From Candidatus Eiseniibacteriota bacterium (GTDB lineage: Bacteria > Eisenbacteria > RBG-16-71-46), in assembly GCA_031370785.1 (NCBI GenBank), contig JANMQY010000144.1:1-64000 (forward strand): DNA of 64,000 nucleotides. Reading direction: 5' to 3'. The notes beneath the pieces are model-generated. The model was not told where the DNA came from, searched no databases, and worked only from the letters and a program-made list of their open reading frames with translations. Position numbers and translations under genes: made by a program. Positions 9,264-18,920 of this stretch are shown piece by piece (the first letter of the stretch is position 1; each line of letters opens with the position of its first letter).

Positions 9264-10229
9264 TTACCCGCTCTCGGACTTCGCCAGCGCGGCTGAGGGC
9301 TGCTGCGACGTGGCGAGAATCGCCGCGGCGAGGACGAGCACTGCCCCCAGCCATTGAAGCGGCCTCAGCCATTCCCCGAGGAAGACCGCAGCCGCGATGA
9401 CCGCGACCAGCGGCTCTAGCGTGGCGACGATGCCCGCTTCGGCGGCCGGCAGTCGGCGCAATCCGGCGTAGAAGAGCGAGAACGGCACCAGTGTCGATCC
9501 GACGCCAAGGACCAGGAACATGCCCCACAGGTTCGCGTCGTAGTGGGCGGCCACGATGCGGGTAGGCGGCGTCACCACCGCCCAGAACGCGCCGGCGATG
9601 AGAAACGTGTAGAACAACACGGTCTCGGGCGCGTACCTCTCCAACCCCCGCTTGGAGTAGACCACGTAGAACGCGAAGAACACGGCCGAGCCGAATCCGA
9701 TCGCCCAGCTGAGCGCGCTGGCGTGAAGGCGTATGTGATCCACGTCACCCACCAGAAGCGCAGTCCCGCCGAGAGCGCACATCAGCGCGATCCCGGTGGC
9801 GACGGTCACCCTCGCGCCTCGCGCGGCCTCGTAGAGCACGATTAGCGAGGGAGCGAGGTATTGGAGCAGGATCGCCAGTCCGACCCCCAGCACCGAGATC
9901 GAGTAGTAGTAGCTGCCCTGGACCGCTGCGACGCCGAGCAGCCCGAGAATGAGGAAGTAGGCAAAGTCCTTTCGCCTCAGGCGCAGGGCTTCCGGCTTGC
10001 GCCATGCCAGCCAGATCCCGAGCAACGTCGCCGCGATCAACAGCCGCAACTCGACGACGGCGACCGCCGGAACGTGCCGGTCGCGAAATACGAAGCGCGC
10101 GAGGGTCGCGGTCGTTCCCCAGAACACCGTGGCCGCGAACACCAGCGCTCGCCCACGCGCTCGACTCGCGTGCGCCGCGCTGTGATCCTGCGCCGGCGGC
10201 ATCGCCGAGACGCCCGAATCAGTGCCCAT
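9264..10229 (-). CDS. EamA/DMT family transporter
   Basis: About 10 TM helices; LQYLAP and ATLEPLVA motifs. Confidence 0.9.
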   Translation of the reverse strand: MGTDSGVSAMPPAQDHSAAHASRARGRALVFAATVFWGTTATLARFVFRDRHVPAVAVVELRLLIAATLLGIWLAWRKPEALRLRRKDFAYFLILGLLGVAAVQGSYYYSISVLGVGLAILLQYLAPSLIVLYEAARGARVTVATGIALMCALGGTALLVGDVDHIRLHASALSWAIGFGSAVFFAFYVVYSKRGLERYAPETVLFYTFLIAGAFWAVVTPPTRIVAAHYDANLWGMFLVLGVGSTLVPFSLFYAGLRRLPAAEAGIVATLEPLVAVIAAAVFLGEWLRPLQWLGAVLVLAAAILATSQQPSAALAKSESG

Positions 10230-10250
10230 GCCACGACTCGAGGGGCCGCA

Positions 10251-11693
10251 TTACAGCAGACGTCGTCGGATCAGGCGGTAGGTGCGCACCGCTCCCGCGT
10301 GACGTACGGCCAGAGTCACCCGCGTGCCGGGCGGACCCTCGAGGAGCCGCGTCACCCGACCCACGTCCGCCGTCGACCGCGCATCAGGTCCGCCGCGCAC
10401 GGTCAGTCCATTGACCGACACGACCTCGTCGCCCACCAAGATCCCGGCGCGTGCTGCCGGTGAGTCCTCGGCCACCGCGACCACGCGAAGCGCCGCGTCC
10501 CAGCGTTCGAGCTGCAGTCCGATGTGCGAGTACTCGTACGGACGCCCCGCGATCTCCGCCGAGCGCGCAGTGAGCCAGAGGACTCGCGCCGGATAGTCGA
10601 TCACGACTCGATAACGCTGCAGGAATCCGCTGCCGAGCAGGCCATGGATCGGCAGGCCGGTCACGCTCGACAGCGCTTGGGACAGCTCGGTGCGCAGCAC
10701 GACCGCGTCCACTCCGAGCTGCCGCACCGAGCCTGAGTCGGCCTCGAGCTCGAGCGCCGCGACGAGCGCCACGTGCGCGTCCGAATTTCCGACCAGGGTC
10801 GGCACGGTCAATCCGCGCAGCGTTGGCCATTCGCTCGAGCCAGGCACGAGATCCGCCAGAGAGTCCTCGAACAGCACGGTCTTCGTGGCGCCGGTGTCGA
10901 CGATCAGATTGAGCGGGCCCGAAAGCTTCAGAAGCCCGGGATTGGCGAGATGCGCGCGCACCACGATCTTTCCGTCGCCAGCGAGCTCGAACGGAATCGC
11001 CCGAGCACGCGCGCCGAGAAGTCCGGACAGGCTGTGGCGAGAGGATTCCACGCGTTGCGCGATCTCCTCGGAGGCAACTCCGCCGCGATCGCCGGCGCTC
11101 GTATCGCTCACGTGGTTGGATCGAGCCCGATCCCTGACCGGAACGAGCGCCATGGTGTTCGTATCGAAATCGATCCAGATCGCGCGCGAGCCGATCGGCC
11201 TCTCTCCGAGCAACCCGAGCACGGGTCGGTCGGTGACCCGGCGCACCACTCGACCATCCACGATCAGCACCGGACTGACCTGATTCATCTCGAAGCGTCC
11301 GATGCTGAATCGGGGCAGCGCGCGCTCGGCGAGCTGGATGCTTGAATGGGGAGCAATGCTGTCCGAAAGTCCAAGGCGTTGTGCGAGCTCTCGATCGAGC
11401 GCAAGAAATCCCGCACCGGTATCGAGCGCCAGCACTCCAGAGGTGTCCACTCCGTTGGTGCCGAGCAGCCCAACCTTGATCAGCAGAATACCTTCAACGT
11501 TTTCAAAATGGACGACTTCGGTGCCATCGGGCCACGAGGGCGGAATCTGCTTTGCGGTGGGACGAGTCGCGTGCGCGGCCCGCCGAGCCGGCTGAGAGGT
11601 CGCGGCTGTCATTCCGGACGAGGGCAGCACGACGAGAACGACCATGGCGGCCAGCGCGATTCGAGTGAGCAAAGTGACTCGCGAGGCCTGCAC
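10251..11693 (-). CDS. Secreted double retropepsin-like aspartyl protease with C-terminal PDZ domain (start uncertain)
   Basis: Two DTGA motifs (LALDTGAG, LIVDTGAT), GLLG...FLQRY, PDZ SPAARAGILVGDEVVSVNG. Confidence 0.85.
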   Translation of the reverse strand: MQASRVTLLTRIALAAMVVLVVLPSSGMTAATSQPARRAAHATRPTAKQIPPSWPDGTEVVHFENVEGILLIKVGLLGTNGVDTSGVLALDTGAGFLALDRELAQRLGLSDSIAPHSSIQLAERALPRFSIGRFEMNQVSPVLIVDGRVVRRVTDRPVLGLLGERPIGSRAIWIDFDTNTMALVPVRDRARSNHVSDTSAGDRGGVASEEIAQRVESSRHSLSGLLGARARAIPFELAGDGKIVVRAHLANPGLLKLSGPLNLIVDTGATKTVLFEDSLADLVPGSSEWPTLRGLTVPTLVGNSDAHVALVAALELEADSGSVRQLGVDAVVLRTELSQALSSVTGLPIHGLLGSGFLQRYRVVIDYPARVLWLTARSAEIAGRPYEYSHIGLQLERWDAALRVVAVAEDSPAARAGILVGDEVVSVNGLTVRGGPDARSTADVGRVTRLLEGPPGTRVTLAVRHAGAVRTYRLIRRRLL

Positions 11694-11772
11694 GACTCGC
11701 CGCCAGATCCGCTGGGGCGAAGGCAGAAAGAGGGCGGCGCGAGTCACAGAATTGCTGGGTGTGTCGTCGCGA

Positions 11773-12195
11773 TCAGCTTCGAACGGTCTCACGCATCCTG
11801 GCCGATTCGGTTGCGAGCTCGACGCCCTCACTCCCGGCCTCGAGCATCGTGCATCGCCCGGTGAAGAACACTCCCGGCTCCATGACGACGCTCATGGCGG
11901 CGACGTCGCCTTCCACATGCGCGCCGGCCTTCATCTCGACCACGCCCAGCGCGCGAATATTGCCGACGACCCGACCGCGCACCAGCGCCTCTTGCACCTC
12001 GACGTCCGAGCGCATGATTCCGTGCTCGCCAATTTCGAGCCGCTCGCAGTTGAGAATGTCGCCTTCGAACTCGCCATTGATGCGCAGCGTTCCGGTCGAC
12101 ATCAGGGTGCCGCGAAAGCTCGTTCCGACCCCGATCACGGTGCCCGGATCATGCGCTTCCTCATTTGGCTGCATGCGATTTCTAAATTTCATCAT
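11773..12195 (-). CDS. Bactofilin (polymer-forming cytoskeletal protein)
   Basis: TVIGVGTSFRGTL...LRINGEFEGDI...GVFFTGRCTM beta-helix pattern. Confidence 0.92.
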   Translation of the reverse strand: MMKFRNRMQPNEEAHDPGTVIGVGTSFRGTLMSTGTLRINGEFEGDILNCERLEIGEHGIMRSDVEVQEALVRGRVVGNIRALGVVEMKAGAHVEGDVAAMSVVMEPGVFFTGRCTMLEAGSEGVELATESARMRETVRS

Positions 12196-12279
12196 GTCGT
12201 TCGCTCCCCGGTCATTCGCTTCGACCGCAAGTGGCGTAGACCCGCATTGCCTGGCGCCCCAAAAGGCGACGCTACCGGG

Positions 12280-13143
12280 CTAGAGCACTCCCCAGGCCTC
12301 GAAAAGCCGCTCGAGATCTTCCTGGCCGTAGTATTCGAACTCCACGCGCCCGCCCTTGCGGCCGGGCTGAATGGTGACGTGGGTCCCGAAGCGCTGCTGG
12401 AGCTTGATCTCCCACTCGCCGAGCTCGGCGAGCTTCGTCGCTCGCGGACGCGAATGCTGCCGGCGCAGCTTGCGGCGCACGAACGCCTCGGTGCGGCGCA
12501 CCGAGAAGCCCTTGGTCACGACGTAGCGTGCCGTAGCCAGCTGGTCGCCGGTCGTCGGGAGGCTGAGCAGCGCACGAGCGTGCCCCGCGCTCAATGTTTC
12601 ACGTGAAACCATGTCCTGAACCTCGACCGGCAGTCCGAGCAGGCGAAGTGCGTTCGAGATCGAGCTGCGCTGCTTGCCTACGCGGTCGGAGAGCTGGTCG
12701 TGAGTGAGGCCGATCTTCTCGACGAGGGTGTGGTAGGCCTTGGCCTCTTCGATCGGATTGAGGTCCTCGCGCTGGACGTTCTCGATGAGCGCGAGCTCCA
12801 TCATCTCCTGGTCGGTGACCTGGCGGACCACGGCGGGGATCCGATCTAGCCCCGCAACCTCGGCCGCCCGGAGTCGCCGCTCGCCAGCCACCAGCTGAAA
12901 GCCTCCGCTGGCCATGTCGGCGCGCACCAGCACCGGCTGAAGCACGCCGGTTGCCTTGATGGACGCCGCCAGCTCGCGGATCGCCTCTTCATCGAAGTGC
13001 GTTCGAGGCTGATGCGGATTCGGCCCGATCTCCGAGATCGGAATCTCGCGCAGGCCGGAAGGCGGCGTGCCTTCCAGCGTGGCGGTCGCCGTCGACCCGG
13101 GAATCAGTGCTTCAAGCCCTCTGCCCAAGGCCTTTCTCTGCAT
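12280..13143 (-). CDS. parB: Chromosome partitioning protein ParB
   Basis: LGRGLEALI, NPHQPR, GERRLRAA, ENVQREDLNPIEEA. Confidence 0.96.
   Translation of the reverse strand: MQRKALGRGLEALIPGSTATATLEGTPPSGLREIPISEIGPNPHQPRTHFDEEAIRELAASIKATGVLQPVLVRADMASGGFQLVAGERRLRAAEVAGLDRIPAVVRQVTDQEMMELALIENVQREDLNPIEEAKAYHTLVEKIGLTHDQLSDRVGKQRSSISNALRLLGLPVEVQDMVSRETLSAGHARALLSLPTTGDQLATARYVVTKGFSVRRTEAFVRRKLRRQHSRPRATKLAELGEWEIKLQQRFGTHVTIQPGRKGGRVEFEYYGQEDLERLFEAWGVL
12595..12610. promoter_or_regulatory. parS site within parB
   Basis: TGTTTCACGTGAAACC, 15/16 to consensus TGTTTCACGTGAAACA. Confidence 0.88.
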
Positions 13144-13897
13144 GATCGAGTACCTCCCGCGCTAGTTCCCGGTAGCTTTCGGCGCCGGTGCTGTATGGGT
13201 CGTAGAGAACGATGGGCTTTCCAAACGAAGGGGCCTCACTCAGCTTCACATTGCGTGGAATCATGGTCTTGTAGACCCGCTCCGCGAAGAATTTCCTCGC
13301 CTCGTCGACCACCTGCTGCGACAGGTTGAGGCGCGCGTCGTACATGGTGAGAAGGACGCCCTCGATGCGCAGGCCTGGGTTCAGATGATCCTGCACCAGG
13401 CGAATCGCACCGATGAGCTGCGTGAGCCCCTCGAGCGCGAGGTATTCGCACTGAAGCGGGATGAGAACCGAGTCTGCAGCCGTCAGCGAGTTGACGGTGA
13501 GCAGACCGAGCGACGGCGGGCTGTCGATCAGGACGTAGTCGTACTCTTCCCTGACCTGCATGAGGCAGGTCTTCAGGCGCGTCTCGCGGGCCATCATTCC
13601 GACCAGCTCGACTTCTGCGCCGGAGAGCCTCTGGCCGGTCGGAAGCAGATCGAGATTGGCAAGCGCGGTGGGCTGGATGGCGGTCGAGATCTCGGCCTGG
13701 CCGATCAGCACTTCGTAGGTCGTCGCGCGCTGATCGTTCCCATTGATCCCGATGCCGCTGGATGCATTTCCCTGCGGATCGATATCAATGATCAACACCC
13801 GGCGACTCTCCTGCGCAAGGCAGGCGCCGAGGTTGATGGCGGTCGTGGTCTTGCCCACGCCGCCCTTCTGACTCGCGATTGCGATGACTCGTCCCAT
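13112..13897 (-). CDS. parA: ParA/Soj ATPase
   Basis: QKGGVGKTTT, DIDPQGN, DSPPSLGLLT, EAPSFGKP; overlaps parB start by 32 bp. Confidence 0.96.
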   Translation of the reverse strand: MGRVIAIASQKGGVGKTTTAINLGACLAQESRRVLIIDIDPQGNASSGIGINGNDQRATTYEVLIGQAEISTAIQPTALANLDLLPTGQRLSGAEVELVGMMARETRLKTCLMQVREEYDYVLIDSPPSLGLLTVNSLTAADSVLIPLQCEYLALEGLTQLIGAIRLVQDHLNPGLRIEGVLLTMYDARLNLSQQVVDEARKFFAERVYKTMIPRNVKLSEAPSFGKPIVLYDPYSTGAESYRELAREVLDHAEKGLGQRA

Positions 13898-14004
13898 TCC
13901 CTTGAGCTTTGGGGGCGGACTTCCATGCCCACCTGAGGAGGTCAGTCGGAGGAATCCAACTCCTCGACGAAACTAGCAACGAGCGGAGAGCGGAACAAGG
14001 GGTT

Positions 14005-14020
14005 TGTTCCACGTGGAACT
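14005..14020. promoter_or_regulatory. parS site upstream of parA (plus half site near 14029-14038)
   Basis: TGTTCCACGTGGAACT; adjacent CGTTTCACGT half site overlapping the rsmG stop. Confidence 0.88.
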
Positions 14021-14032
14021 GATCCTCTCGTT

Positions 14033-15376
14033 TCACGTCATCTTGTTCTCAATCCTCTTGAATCGAGCGACGGCCGTCTGCCCGCCTGCGATTCCCAGCA
14101 AGCCGTCGAAATCCCAGAATGCCTTCCACCGAGGATCTTCGGCCATCTCCGCTTCTCGCCGACTGCCTTTCCAAAGAAAGGCCGATCCCCCGACTGCGAC
14201 GAATCGCGCGGCGAGCACCAGAGTCGGACCGAGTGCGACTGTGGCCCGGGAAGTGAAGCCCTCGATTGTTCCCGCCAGGCCGTCATCGATGCCCAGATTC
14301 TCGAGCCGGTCGCACACGACGGCAACGTGCGCGAGCCCGAGCTGCTGCACGGCTCGCCTCAGGAACAGGGTCTTGCTCCGGCGTGATTCCACCAGCGTCC
14401 AGGTATCACCGACTCCGACCGCAGCGAGTGGAATGCCGGGTAGCCCGCCCCCCGAGCCAAAGTCGAGCCAGCGTTTCGCGCCGGTGCTTTTCAGCCAGTG
14501 CGCAGGTTCGACCGACTCGAGGATGTGTCGATCGACGAGCCTCGGCACGTCCTTCTTCGAGATCAGATTCGAAGCGCTCTGATTCCACTCGATCAGAGCG
14601 GACGCATATTGCCTTAACGCATTGAGCTGAGGCTCGATCTCCCCGCCTGTCTTGAGCAGGTGAGGGGTGAGAGTGTCCCAGGGCTGCCGCGCCACGATGT
14701 TTTCGATGGTGCCGGGCGTGAAGCTTCCGGTCCCGCCAAGTCCCGGACGCTTCGAAAACTCCGTGTGCCTTGTCCTCAATGCTCTTCTGGTACCAGCGCG
14801 TGCCGCGCGGGGCGGCCTTCCGCGCAGATCTGGCTTGGCGCCGACGCGCGCCCGGGACTTCGATCGCCAGCCCCGGCGCTTCGCACTTTCCGTCGACGCG
14901 CCCGGAGCATCACGTCGCATCGTCGACCGGCGCGGCGGCGCCTGTGACACTCGCTCGAGCGCCTCATCCCGGGATCGAGAGAGCGCCGCCGGAGGCGAAG
15001 CAGCGGGCGCGGCGTAGCGCAATGGAGCACCGGATCGGGCGCGCACCCGGGATGAAGCACCGGATCGTGGGCGCGCGCCGGATGAAGCATCAGCGCCGGA
15101 TCGATTCGCGGCGCGTGATCGAGGGGCTGCCGAGGTTCGAGGCGACGCCTCGGCGCGCGAACCCGGTCGCGTACGCGAAGAGGCGCCGGCCCGCACCCAG
15201 CCGCCATTTCGTGGCGCGGGTCCCGAGCGGGAGCGCCCGCCTGCACGAGCGCGATCCGCCCGGCCGGTTGCGCTCGCCGGCCGTCCCGCCGACCTCGAAT
15301 CGGGGCGGCTGGCCGACAGCGCAGAGGCCGGACGCGAAGAGGATCGACGCGGTCGAGGGGGACGTGAGCTGGTCAT
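14033..15376 (-). CDS. rsmG: 16S rRNA m7G527 methyltransferase RsmG, probably with long Arg/Ser-rich N-terminal extension (start uncertain)
   Basis: WNQSASNLIS, RHILES, LDFGSGGGLPGIPLA, VESRRSK, TSRA; position between mnmG and parA. Confidence 0.85.
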   Translation of the reverse strand: MTSSRPPRPRRSSSRPASALSASRPDSRSAGRPASATGRADRARAGGRSRSGPAPRNGGWVRAGASSRTRPGSRAEASPRTSAAPRSRAANRSGADASSGARPRSGASSRVRARSGAPLRYAAPAASPPAALSRSRDEALERVSQAPPRRSTMRRDAPGASTESAKRRGWRSKSRARVGAKPDLRGRPPRAARAGTRRALRTRHTEFSKRPGLGGTGSFTPGTIENIVARQPWDTLTPHLLKTGGEIEPQLNALRQYASALIEWNQSASNLISKKDVPRLVDRHILESVEPAHWLKSTGAKRWLDFGSGGGLPGIPLAAVGVGDTWTLVESRRSKTLFLRRAVQQLGLAHVAVVCDRLENLGIDDGLAGTIEGFTSRATVALGPTLVLAARFVAVGGSAFLWKGSRREAEMAEDPRWKAFWDFDGLLGIAGGQTAVARFKRIENKMT

Positions 15377-15513
15377 GGGCGCGGACTCTATCACGGCGGC
15401 CCGAGTGTCGCGCTCGCACGACTGCACCGTAACTCTCGAGGGCCGTCGAGGTGCCGAACGCACGACCGCGACTCCGCAAACTGGAATGCGAATCTCGCGG
15501 TGAGAAGTCGACC

Positions 15514-17376
15514 TCAGAGCGACTCGGTGCTCTCCTGCAATCCTGCAGTGGCAGCGCGCGCGACCGCTGGCCCGGCGGCCGCAAGACGCCTCGCGTGCAC
15601 GAGCAGGATCGCGACATCCGAGGGCGAGACGCCTGCGATGCGCCCGGCCTGGCCGACCGTGGCCGGGCGCCAGCGCACCAACTTCTCGCGCGCCTCGCGC
15701 GACAACCCATTCAGCTCGAGCTCCCACAGCGCATCGGGCAGCGCCATGCCGTCGAGCGAACGCCCGCGCCTTGCGTTGCGCTGCTGGCGCTCGATGTAGC
15801 CGCGATAGCGGGCACGCACTTCCACGCACTCGGCCCACTCGCGCGACATGGCAACACCGTCGCCGGGCAGAGCATCGTCGCTGCTCGACACCGCGACCCT
15901 GACGCGCGTGGAGCGACGCTCCGCAGCTTCGATCGCGGCGTACTTCGCGCGCACGCGGCCGAGCTGTTCGCGATCGATCAAACCGAGATCGTGCCCGATC
16001 GCGGCCAGCCGCTCGTCCGCGTTGTCTGCACGCAGCAGGAGCCGGTACTCCGCCGCCGATGTGAACATGCGATAGGGTTCGCGATGCTCGCGGGTCACGA
16101 GATCGTCCAGCAGGACGCCGACGTATGCCTGATCGCGGCCGAGGACCAGCGGCTCACGGCCGCGCACGGCCAGTGCAGCGTTGATGCCGGCCATCAAGCC
16201 CTGGGCGGCCGCTTCCTCGTAGCCCGAGGTGCCGCAGATTTGGCCCGCCAGATAGAGCCCGGGGACTCTCTTCACTTCGAGCGTCGGCTTGAGCTGGTGC
16301 GGAAGCACAAAGTCGTACTCGACCGCGTAGCCGGGCCGCAGCATTTCGGCGCGCTCCAGTCCGCGAACGGTGCGCAGGAACTCGAGCTGGATCTCTTCCG
16401 GCATGCTCGACGACATGCCGTTCACGTAGATCTCGGGCACGTCACGGCCTTCGGGCTCGATGAACACGTGATGCGACTCGCGCTCGGGGAACTTCACGAC
16501 CTTGTCTTCGAGCGAGGGGCAGTAGCGCGGACCCTGCCCGCGAATTTCGCCGGAGTAGAGCGGCGAGCGCGCCAGGTTGTCGCGAATGACCTGATGCGTG
16601 CGCGAATTGGTTGCGGTGAGCCAGCACAGCTCCTGTTCGAGCTCGAGTCGTTCGGTCCAGTGCGAGAACGGCTGGGGCGGATCATCGCCGGGTTGCGGCC
16701 GCATCGCCTCGAAATCGACCGAGTCGCGGTGCAGGCGCGCTGGCGTTCCGGTCTTGAGCCTGCCGCGCTCGAGGCCCAGCTCCGCGAGGCATTCGCTCAG
16801 CGCTCGCGCCGCGTGCTCACCGAGGCGACCGCCCTCGAGCTTCCTTTCGCCGATGTGGATGAGGCCGTTGAGAAAAGTTCCGGGCGTGATGACGGCCGCG
16901 TGGCAGCGAAGCACGCGCCCGTCGGCGAGCTCGATGCCGGCGACCCGGCCACCGTCGAGCACGACGTGGTTGGCGATACCGGCAACACGCGTCAGGCCCG
17001 CCACGGATCCGAGCAGGGCCGCCATCTCGGAGGAGTAGAGCGCCTTGTCGCACTGGGCGCGTGGCGACCACACCGCCGGGCCGCGCCCGCGGTTGAGCAT
17101 CTTGAACTGGATTCCGGCGCGGTCGGTGATCATGCCCATCACCCCGCCGAGCGCGTCGATCTCGCGCACCATGTGGCCCTTGGCGATTCCGCCGATGGCC
17201 GGATTGCACGACATCTTCGCGGTGTCTTCGAGCTTGACCGTCAGCAGCGCGGTCGAGAGACCCATGCGCGCGCACGCCACCGCGGCCTCGCAGCCGGCGT
17301 GGCCAGCACCCACCACCACGATGTCGAACGCGGCGTCACCGAGCGCGTTCTCGTCCACACGATCCTCGAGCTCCAC
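15514..17376 (-). CDS. mnmG: tRNA uridine-5-carboxymethylaminomethyl(34) synthesis enzyme MnmG (GidA)
   Basis: [49 protein letters not shown] 17376 after AAGGGAG. Confidence 0.96.
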   Translation of the reverse strand: MELEDRVDENALGDAAFDIVVVGAGHAGCEAAVACARMGLSTALLTVKLEDTAKMSCNPAIGGIAKGHMVREIDALGGVMGMITDRAGIQFKMLNRGRGPAVWSPRAQCDKALYSSEMAALLGSVAGLTRVAGIANHVVLDGGRVAGIELADGRVLRCHAAVITPGTFLNGLIHIGERKLEGGRLGEHAARALSECLAELGLERGRLKTGTPARLHRDSVDFEAMRPQPGDDPPQPFSHWTERLELEQELCWLTATNSRTHQVIRDNLARSPLYSGEIRGQGPRYCPSLEDKVVKFPERESHHVFIEPEGRDVPEIYVNGMSSSMPEEIQLEFLRTVRGLERAEMLRPGYAVEYDFVLPHQLKPTLEVKRVPGLYLAGQICGTSGYEEAAAQGLMAGINAALAVRGREPLVLGRDQAYVGVLLDDLVTREHREPYRMFTSAAEYRLLLRADNADERLAAIGHDLGLIDREQLGRVRAKYAAIEAAERRSTRVRVAVSSSDDALPGDGVAMSREWAECVEVRARYRGYIERQQRNARRGRSLDGMALPDALWELELNGLSREAREKLVRWRPATVGQAGRIAGVSPSDVAILLVHARRLAAAGPAVARAATAGLQESTESL

Positions 17377-17387
17377 TCTCTCTCCCT

Positions 17388-18857
17388 TCACTTCCCGATA
17401 CAGAACCGGCCGAAAATCCGGTCGAGCACGTCTTCTCCCACTTCGCGGCCGGTCACTTCTCCGCTCGCGAAGAGCGCATCGCGCAGCTCGAGCGCCACGA
17501 TCTCGCCGGGATCCCCGGCACCTGCCGCGACGCATGCCCGCCCCAGCGCTTCGCGCGCGCGCTCGAGCGCCTCGACGTGCCGGGCGTTGCTCACCGCGAG
17601 CGCGCCGCCCTCGCTTCGATCGGCGCCGAGCGCCTCGGCGAGCGCCTCGCGCAGCGCCGCGAGCCCATCGCCGCGCATCGCGGACAGCGGGACCACGCGA
17701 CTGGCACTCCCGTTCAGCATCCCGGCGATCTCGGACTGATCCACCGCGCCCGGCAGATCGCACTTGTTGAGCGCAACGATGACGCGTGCGCCATTCAGCT
17801 CCCCGGCCATTTCCCGATCGGCGCTTTCGAGCGCGGTTGCGCCGTCCACCACCCACACCACTACGCTCGCATCCGCGAGCGCGGCGCGGGTGCGCTCGAC
17901 GCCGAGCGCCTCGATCGGATCGCGCGCGTCGCGCATGCCGGCGGTGTCGGAGAGTGTCACGCGCACCCCCGCGATCTCGATGGCCTCGCTCACCCTGTCG
18001 CGCGTGGTGCCGGGCAGCGGAGTGACGATGGCGCGCGCCTCGCCGAGCAGCGCATTGAACAGCGACAACTTGCCCGCATTGGGCCTGCCCACGAGCGGGA
18101 CGCGCACGCCCTCGCGCACCGCACGCGCGAGCGCAGCGCCGGCGAGCATCGCGGCCAGATCGGCGTCCACCGATTCGATCGCCTGGACAACGTGCTCGGG
18201 CACTTCGATCCCGCCGACATCCTCGGCGAAGTCGACCCGGGCCTCGACCTCGGACAGCGCATCGGTGATGCGTTCCTCGAGCGCCTCAAGGCGAACCGAC
18301 AGCTCGCCGGAAAGCTGGGAGAGCGCAAGCGCGCGGGCGCGTTCGGTCTCGGCCTGGATCAGGTCGGCGACCGCCTCGGCCTGCACCAGGTCGAGACGTC
18401 CGTTCAGGAATGCTCGCAGCGTGAATTCGCCGGGCCGCGCGAGTCTCGCTCTCGCGGCGAGCAGCGCCGCGAGGATGCGCCGGGCCGGCAGCGCGCCGCC
18501 GTGGCACGAGATCTCGACGACATCTTCGCGCGTGTACGAGCGGGGCGCGCGGAACACGGCCGCCACCACTTCATCCAGCCGGTCAGCGGGTTCATCGGAG
18601 CGGTGCGCGGAGGATCCCGAAGCATCCGAGAACGCAGGTCGCGCCGGCCGATCCGACGCCGGCCATACCGCCCACCCGTGATGCAGCGTATGACTCGCCG
18701 CGGCGCGCAGTCGCACCGACCCCACGAACACCGCGTCGGCGCAGGCCAGCGCGTCCGGTCCGCTCACCCGGATCACAGCGAGCCCTGCGGCGCCGGATGC
18801 GGTGGCGATGGCTGCGATCGTATCGTCGGATGGAATCACGTGCGGCTCTCGGGACAA
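17388..18857 (-). CDS. mnmE: tRNA modification GTPase MnmE (TrmE)
   Basis: [37 protein letters not shown]-terminal FCIGK; P-loop reads GRPNAGKLS. Confidence 0.95.
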   Translation of the reverse strand: MSREPHVIPSDDTIAAIATASGAAGLAVIRVSGPDALACADAVFVGSVRLRAAASHTLHHGWAVWPASDRPARPAFSDASGSSAHRSDEPADRLDEVVAAVFRAPRSYTREDVVEISCHGGALPARRILAALLAARARLARPGEFTLRAFLNGRLDLVQAEAVADLIQAETERARALALSQLSGELSVRLEALEERITDALSEVEARVDFAEDVGGIEVPEHVVQAIESVDADLAAMLAGAALARAVREGVRVPLVGRPNAGKLSLFNALLGEARAIVTPLPGTTRDRVSEAIEIAGVRVTLSDTAGMRDARDPIEALGVERTRAALADASVVVWVVDGATALESADREMAGELNGARVIVALNKCDLPGAVDQSEIAGMLNGSASRVVPLSAMRGDGLAALREALAEALGADRSEGGALAVSNARHVEALERAREALGRACVAAGAGDPGEIVALELRDALFASGEVTGREVGEDVLDRIFGRFCIGK

Positions 18858-18870
18858 GGGCCTGAAAGCG

Positions 18871-18905
18871 GCGCGGCGCCGGACCGTACGGGCCCGGCGC
18901 CGCGC
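18871..18905 (-). terminator. GC-rich stem-loop between jag and mnmE
   Basis: 12-bp perfect inverted repeat gcgcggcgccgg/ccggcgccgcgc. Confidence 0.5.
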
Positions 18906-18920
18906 AGGGAACGAACCGGG

